A stretch of DNA of 64,000 nucleotides from Escherichia coli (GTDB lineage Bacteria; Pseudomonadota; Gammaproteobacteria; Enterobacterales; Enterobacteriaceae). Position 1 is the first letter of the stretch; each line of letters opens with the position of its first letter. The stretch lies in NCBI RefSeq assembly GCF_050920415.1, contig NZ_CP169309.1. One strand, given 5' to 3'. The position numbers were made by a program, and so were the translations under genes. Under the pieces are notes generated by a model. That model did no database searches. It saw nothing but the letters and a program-made list of their open reading frames with translations, and was not told the origin of the DNA. Positions 58,833 to 64,000 of the stretch are shown piece after piece.

Positions 58833-59690
58833 TCAGGCTACCGCTTTTTCAGTTTGTTGCGCTTTCAGCCAGGCGATTTCTTCTGCCCAGATATCCGGGT
58901 TGATGGTTTCAAGGATCAGCGGAATACCGTCGAAACGGTCGTCCTGCATAATCCAGCGGAACGCATCGTGGCCGATATTGCCTTCACCGAGGCTATGATG
59001 ACGGTCAACGCGGCTGCCAAAGGTACTTTTCGCATCGTTAAGATGCATACCGCGTAGATACTTAAAGCCGACAATACGGGCAAAATCCGCGAACGTTTTC
59101 TCGCATTCGGCTGGAGTACGCAAATCATACCCGGCAGCGAAAGCATGGCAGGTATCAATGCAGACGCCGACGCGGGATTTATCTTCCACGCCGGCGATAA
59201 TCGCCGCGAGATGTTCGAATTTAAACCCTAAGTTGCTGCCCTGACCGGCGGTATTTTCAATCACCGCTGTCACACCTTGAGTTTTATCCAGCGCAATGTT
59301 GATGGATTCGGCAATACGCGCAAGGCAATCCTCTTCTGAAATCTGCATCAGATGGCTGCCAGGGTGGAAGTTGAGCAAAGAAAGCCCCAGCTGTTCGCAA
59401 CGCTGCATTTCATCTATAAACGCATCGCGCGATTTTTCCAGAGCTTCAGCGACCGGATGTCCGAGGTTAATCAGATAACTGTCGTGGGGAAGAATTTGCG
59501 CCGATGTGTAGTGATATTTTTCACAGGCGGCTTTGAATTCATCGATGGTTTGCGTCGTGAGCGGTGCGGCACGCCACTGACGTTGGTTTTTGGTGAACAA
59601 GGCAAACGCGGTTGCGTCGATTTCGGCGGCGCGAATTGCGGCATTTGCCAGACCGCCAGCAGCACTAACGTGCGCTCCAATGTATTTCAT
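58833..59690 (-). CDS. nfo: Endonuclease IV
   Basis: 285 aa ([18 protein letters not shown]...). TIM-barrel AP endonuclease. Confidence 0.95.
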   Translation of the reverse strand: MKYIGAHVSAAGGLANAAIRAAEIDATAFALFTKNQRQWRAAPLTTQTIDEFKAACEKYHYTSAQILPHDSYLINLGHPVAEALEKSRDAFIDEMQRCEQLGLSLLNFHPGSHLMQISEEDCLARIAESINIALDKTQGVTAVIENTAGQGSNLGFKFEHLAAIIAGVEDKSRVGVCIDTCHAFAAGYDLRTPAECEKTFADFARIVGFKYLRGMHLNDAKSTFGSRVDRHHSLGEGNIGHDAFRWIMQDDRFDGIPLILETINPDIWAEEIAWLKAQQTEKAVA

Positions 59691-59763
59691 GCGAGGACTC
59701 CTGTTAAACCCGCTGGAGGAAAACGGTAATGATAGCGGGTTAACAGGAGCAAGATGTAGTGGT

Positions 59764-60813
59764 TTATGCGATGACGCTTTGAATCACATAGTTAATCGCA
59801 CCACCACCAACAATCAGCCAGGCAAACAGTACCAGAGCCATCAGCAGAGGTTTCGCCCCGGCTTTTTTCAGCGCGCTGACGTGAGTGGTCAGACCCAGCG
59901 CCGCCATCGCCATTGCCAGCAGGAAAGTATCCAGCGTTACCAGCATATTCACTACGCTCTGCGGTAACAGGTGGAACGAGTTAAAGATGGCAACTACGAT
60001 GAACAATATGGCAAACCACGGAATAGTGATTTTGCTTTTCTCGCCGCTGTTCGCCCCAGACAGCTGTTTAACACGCGCCGCCAGCAGGATGAGGAACGGA
60101 GCCAGCATCATCACGCGCAGCATTTTGGAAATAACTGCTGCGTTTTCTGCATCCGGGCTGATGGCATGACCTGCCGCCACCACCTGCGCCACTTCGTGCA
60201 CAGTAGAACCAATGTAGATACCGAAAGTTTCCGGACTAAACCATTGAGACATCAGCGGATATATCGCCGGGTAGAGGAAAATCGCGACGGTCCCGAAGAT
60301 AACAACGGTTGCAACAGCCACGGTTACTTTACTGGCTTCCGCTTTCACTACCGGCTCAGTCGCCAGTACCGCGGCAGCACCACAGATACTGCTACCGGCA
60401 CCGATCAACCAGCTGGTGTGCTTATCCAGACCAAACACTTTCTGCCCCAGGAAACAAGCCAGCAGGAAGGTACTGGACAGCGTCAGCACGTCAATGATGA
60501 TCCCACTGATACCGACATCGGCAATTTGCGAGAACGTCAGACGGAAGCCATAAAGAATGATACCCAGACGTAATAAATATTGCTTGGCAAACAGCACGCC
60601 ACCGTCACAGCTTTTCCAGATGTGCGGATAGATGGTGTTGCCTAAAACCATCCCCAACAAGATTGCGAGGGTGAGGGCACTAAACCCGGCACCCGCAACC
60701 GCGGGAATGGAACCCCCCCACAGGGCGACCCCGGTGATAACTGCACTCAGGGCTAACCCCGGAATAAAATGCCACAGTGTACGATGTTGTTTCTGTAAGG
60801 TGATATTCGTCAT
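59764..60813 (-). CDS. yeiH: YeiH, UPF0324 inner membrane protein
   Basis: 349-aa polytopic membrane protein. Divergent from yeiE. Confidence 0.92.
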   Translation of the reverse strand: MTNITLQKQHRTLWHFIPGLALSAVITGVALWGGSIPAVAGAGFSALTLAILLGMVLGNTIYPHIWKSCDGGVLFAKQYLLRLGIILYGFRLTFSQIADVGISGIIIDVLTLSSTFLLACFLGQKVFGLDKHTSWLIGAGSSICGAAAVLATEPVVKAEASKVTVAVATVVIFGTVAIFLYPAIYPLMSQWFSPETFGIYIGSTVHEVAQVVAAGHAISPDAENAAVISKMLRVMMLAPFLILLAARVKQLSGANSGEKSKITIPWFAILFIVVAIFNSFHLLPQSVVNMLVTLDTFLLAMAMAALGLTTHVSALKKAGAKPLLMALVLFAWLIVGGGAINYVIQSVIA

Positions 60814-60911
60814 AACCCTCTCCTTTAACCGGGTATAAGGTTACGACTAACTGGTTTAAAAATAAAATTGATTATATATTTATAATCAATCTTTATAAGT
60901 GGTAAGCGACT

Positions 60912-61793
60912 ATGCACATCACCCTCCGGCAGTTGGAAGTTTTTGCAGAAGTATTGAAAAGTGGATCAACCACCCAAGCGTCGGTGATGCTGGCGTTGTC
61001 GCAATCAGCAGTGAGCGCAGCCTTGACTGACCTGGAAGGGCAGCTTGGCGTGCAACTGTTTGATCGCGTGGGGAAAAGACTGGTAGTTAATGAACACGGG
61101 CGGCTGCTCTATCCGCGAGCGTTGGCACTGCTTGAACAGGCGGTTGAAATCGAACAACTGTTTCGCGAAGACAACGGCGCGATTCGTATCTATGCCAGTA
61201 GTACTATCGGTAACTACATTCTGCCTGCAGTTATCGCCCGTTATCGCCATGATTATCCGCAGTTGCCGATTGAACTTAGCGTTGGGAACAGCCAGGACGT
61301 GATGCAAGCGGTGCTGGATTTCCGCGTTGATATTGGCTTTATTGAAGGCCCGTGCCACAGCACTGAAATCATCTCTGAACCGTGGCTGGAAGACGAACTG
61401 GTGGTTTTCGCCGCGCCGACTTCGCCGTTGGCTCGTGGTCCGGTCACCTTAGAGCAGCTGGCCGCTGCGCCGTGGATCCTGCGTGAACGCGGTTCCGGCA
61501 CGCGGGAGATTGTCGATTATCTGTTGCTGTCACATTTACCGAAGTTTGAGATGGCGATGGAGTTAGGTAACTCCGAGGCAATCAAACATGCGGTGCGTCA
61601 TGGATTGGGAATTAGTTGCCTGTCGCGACGGGTCATTGAAGATCAATTGCAGGCAGGCACGTTAAGTGAAGTTGCGGTCCCTCTGCCGCGCTTGATGCGC
61701 ACGTTGTGGCGTATCCATCATCGGCAAAAACACCTTTCCAACGCGCTTCGGCGCTTTCTGGACTATTGCGATCCCGCGAATGTACCGCGTTAA
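60912..61793 (+). CDS. yeiE: YeiE, LysR-family transcriptional regulator
   Basis: 293 aa with an N-terminal LysR HTH ([24 protein letters not shown]). Confidence 0.93.
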
Positions 61794-61997
61794 GTTGCTG
61801 TACAAGAACATGCTGGTGCTGTGTCGATTTCGTGACGCAGCGCCCGCAGCATGCATTCGCCAGAAAAGAGATTGGCTGCTTTACTTATAATCCCGGGGCG
61901 ATCATGAAGGTGTCTTATAACCGTGTATTTCTGCCGGAAGGATTGCCAATCGTCTGCTACAATCGCGCCTCATTTTTAAGATGGATAGCATTTTTGT

Positions 61998-63467
61998 ATG
62001 GTTTCCGAAACTAAAACCACAGAAGCGCCGGGCTTACGCCGTGAATTAAAGGCGCGTCACCTGACGATGATTGCCATTGGCGGTTCCATCGGTACAGGTC
62101 TTTTTGTTGCCTCTGGCGCAACGATTTCTCAGGCAGGTCCGGGCGGGGCATTGCTCTCGTATATGTTGATTGGCCTGATGGTTTACTTCCTGATGACCAG
62201 TCTCGGTGAACTGGCCGCATATATGCCGGTTTCCGGTTCGTTTGCCACTTACGGTCAGAACTATGTTGAAGAAGGCTTTGGCTTCGCGCTGGGCTGGAAC
62301 TACTGGTACAACTGGGCGGTGACTATCGCCGTTGACCTGGTTGCTGCGCAGCTGGTTATGAGCTGGTGGTTCCCGGATACACCCGGTTGGATCTGGAGTG
62401 CGCTGTTCCTCGGCGTTATCTTCCTGCTGAACTACATTTCGGTCCGTGGCTTTGGTGAAGCAGAATACTGGTTCTCACTGATCAAGGTTACGACGGTTAT
62501 TGTCTTTATTGTTGTCGGCGTGCTGATGATTATCGGTATCTTCAAAGGCGCACAGCCTGCGGGCTGGAGCAACTGGACAATCGGCGAAGCACCATTTGCT
62601 GGTGGTTTTGCGGCAATGATCGGCGTGGCAATGATTGTCGGCTTCTCTTTCCAGGGAACCGAGCTGATCGGTATTGCTGCAGGCGAGTCCGAAGATCCGG
62701 CGAAAAACATTCCACGCGCGGTACGTCAGGTGTTCTGGCGAATCCTGTTGTTCTATGTGTTCGCGATCCTGATCATCAGCCTGATTATTCCGTACACCGA
62801 TCCGAGCCTGCTGCGTAATGATGTGAAAGACATCAGCGTCAGTCCGTTCACCCTGGTATTCCAACACGCGGGTCTGCTCTCTGCGGCGGCGGTGATGAAC
62901 GCTGTTATTCTGACGGCGGTGCTGTCAGCGGGTAACTCCGGTATGTATGCGTCTACTCGTATGTTGTACACCCTGGCGTGTGACGGTAAAGCGCCGCGCA
63001 TTTTCGCTAAATTGTCGCGTGGTGGCGTGCCGCGTAACGCGCTGTATGTGACGACGGTGATTGCCGGTCTGTGCTTCCTGACCTCGATGTTTGGTAACCA
63101 GACGGTATACCTGTGGTTGCTGAACACCTCTGGTATGACAGGCTTTATTGCCTGGCTGGGGATTGCGATTAGTCACTACCGCTTCCGTCGCGGTTACGTA
63201 TTGCAGGGACACGACATTAACGATCTGCCGTACCGTTCAGGCTTCTTCCCACTGGGGCCGATCTTCGCATTCATTCTGTGTCTGATTATTACTTTGGGCC
63301 AGAACTACGAAGCGTTCCTGAAAGACACCATTGACTGGGGCGGCGTAGCGGCAACATATATTGGTATCCCGCTGTTCCTGATTATCTGGTTCGGATACAA
63401 GCTGATTAAAGGAACTCGCTTCGTACGCTACAGCGAAATGAAGTTCCCGCAGAACGATAAGAAATAA
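61998..63467 (+). CDS. lysP: LysP, lysine-specific APC permease
   Basis: 489 aa (MVSETKTTEAPGLRRELKARHLTMIAIGG...). Confidence 0.95.
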   Translation: MVSETKTTEAPGLRRELKARHLTMIAIGGSIGTGLFVASGATISQAGPGGALLSYMLIGLMVYFLMTSLGELAAYMPVSGSFATYGQNYVEEGFGFALGWNYWYNWAVTIAVDLVAAQLVMSWWFPDTPGWIWSALFLGVIFLLNYISVRGFGEAEYWFSLIKVTTVIVFIVVGVLMIIGIFKGAQPAGWSNWTIGEAPFAGGFAAMIGVAMIVGFSFQGTELIGIAAGESEDPAKNIPRAVRQVFWRILLFYVFAILIISLIIPYTDPSLLRNDVKDISVSPFTLVFQHAGLLSAAAVMNAVILTAVLSAGNSGMYASTRMLYTLACDGKAPRIFAKLSRGGVPRNALYVTTVIAGLCFLTSMFGNQTVYLWLLNTSGMTGFIAWLGIAISHYRFRRGYVLQGHDINDLPYRSGFFPLGPIFAFILCLIITLGQNYEAFLKDTIDWGGVAATYIGIPLFLIIWFGYKLIKGTRFVRYSEMKFPQNDKK

Positions 63468-63487
63468 GTTTCCTCCCTTCCTTGCTA

Positions 63488-63514
63488 AGCCCTCTCAACC
63501 GAGAGGGCTTTTTC
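63488..63514 (+). terminator. lysP terminator
   Basis: AGCCCTCTC-AACC-GAGAGGGCT followed by TTTTC. Confidence 0.8.
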
Positions 63515-63565
63515 AATTCTATTTCCCTGACAAATCATGCGGATATAAATTTTAACATTTGGATT

Positions 63566-63590
63566 GATAATTGTTATCGTTTGCATTATC
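63566..63590. promoter_or_regulatory. Fur box(es) in the cirA promoter
   Basis: TGATAATTGTTATCGTTTGCATTATC resembles the Fur consensus GATAATGATAATCATTATC. It lies about 170 nt upstream of the cirA ATG. Confidence 0.7.
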
Positions 63591-63759
63591 GTTACGCCGA
63601 AATCAAAAAAGGCTGACAAATCAGGGGCTGTTCCGGCTTTCTGGGATGATCACCTGCATACAAATAAGTCCACCGCGATGCTGCCGTACGCAAGGGGACG
63701 TGAAGAAGATGTGAGCGATAACCCATTTTATTTTCGTAGTTACCTCATGGAGATATGGA

Positions 63760-64000
63760 ATGTTTAGGTTGAACCCTTTCGTACGGGTCGGGCTGTGTTT
63801 GTCCGCTATTTCTTGTGCATGGCCTGTGTTAGCGGTCGATGATGATGGCGAAACGATGGTTGTCACTGCATCTTCCGTTGAGCAAAACCTTAAAGATGCA
63901 CCCGCCAGTATCAGCGTCATTACCCAGGAAGACCTGCAGCGAAAACCGGTACAGAATCTGAAGGATGTCCTCAAAGAAGTGCCTGGCGTACAACTGACGA
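63760..64000 (+). CDS. cirA: CirA, TonB-dependent catecholate siderophore/colicin I receptor, 5' end only
   Basis: [59 protein letters not shown]... with a signal peptide and TonB box ETMVVTA. The gene runs off the window. Confidence 0.93.

Noticed and set aside
61794-61997. Possible lysine riboswitch upstream of lysP.
   Set aside because: I could not find the conserved L-box helices. To my knowledge E. coli lysP is regulated by ArgP/LysR-type proteins rather than by a riboswitch.

Overview
This window is Escherichia coli chromosome. It matches the K-12 nap-ccm to cirA segment at about 49 min, read in reverse orientation, and I recognised it from the translated ORFs. The core gene order is napG'HBC, ccmABCDEFGH, narP, yejO, proL, yejM, yejL, yejK, rplY, radD(yejH), rsuA, bcr, yejG, yejFEBA, pdeN, mepS, lpxT, yeiR, yeiQ, yeiP, yeiW, setB, fruBKA, psuKGT, yeiL, rihB, nupX, yeiI, nfo, yeiH, yeiE, lysP, cirA'.

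Two accessory insertions interrupt this backbone.

(1) A roughly 1.28-kb IS621 (IS110 family) element sits inside a REP sequence between ccmH and narP (8455-9735, minus strand).
- Its 192-nt non-coding left arm folds into a multi-loop RNA.
- The loops carry sequences matching both the chromosomal target and the element's own ends. This is the 'bridge RNA' architecture described for IS621 in 2024.
- The recombinase ORF in this copy is broken by a 1-nt frameshift.

(2) A 10.8-kb integrative element sits at the 3' end of tRNA-Pro(GGG) proL (about 13479-24304). Its features are:
- a P4-type integrase, AlpA, an Icd-like protein and a D5/P4-type primase-helicase followed by an iteron origin;
- a prohead-protease::major-capsid fusion as its only recognisable virion gene;
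- a PerC-family regulator;
- many repeat and operator arrays.
It looks like a phage satellite that matches neither the canonical P4 nor the capsid-forming PICI gene sets as I remember them.

Everything else appears to be ordinary core genome. All homology statements rest on reading the translations and on memory. No database search was possible.
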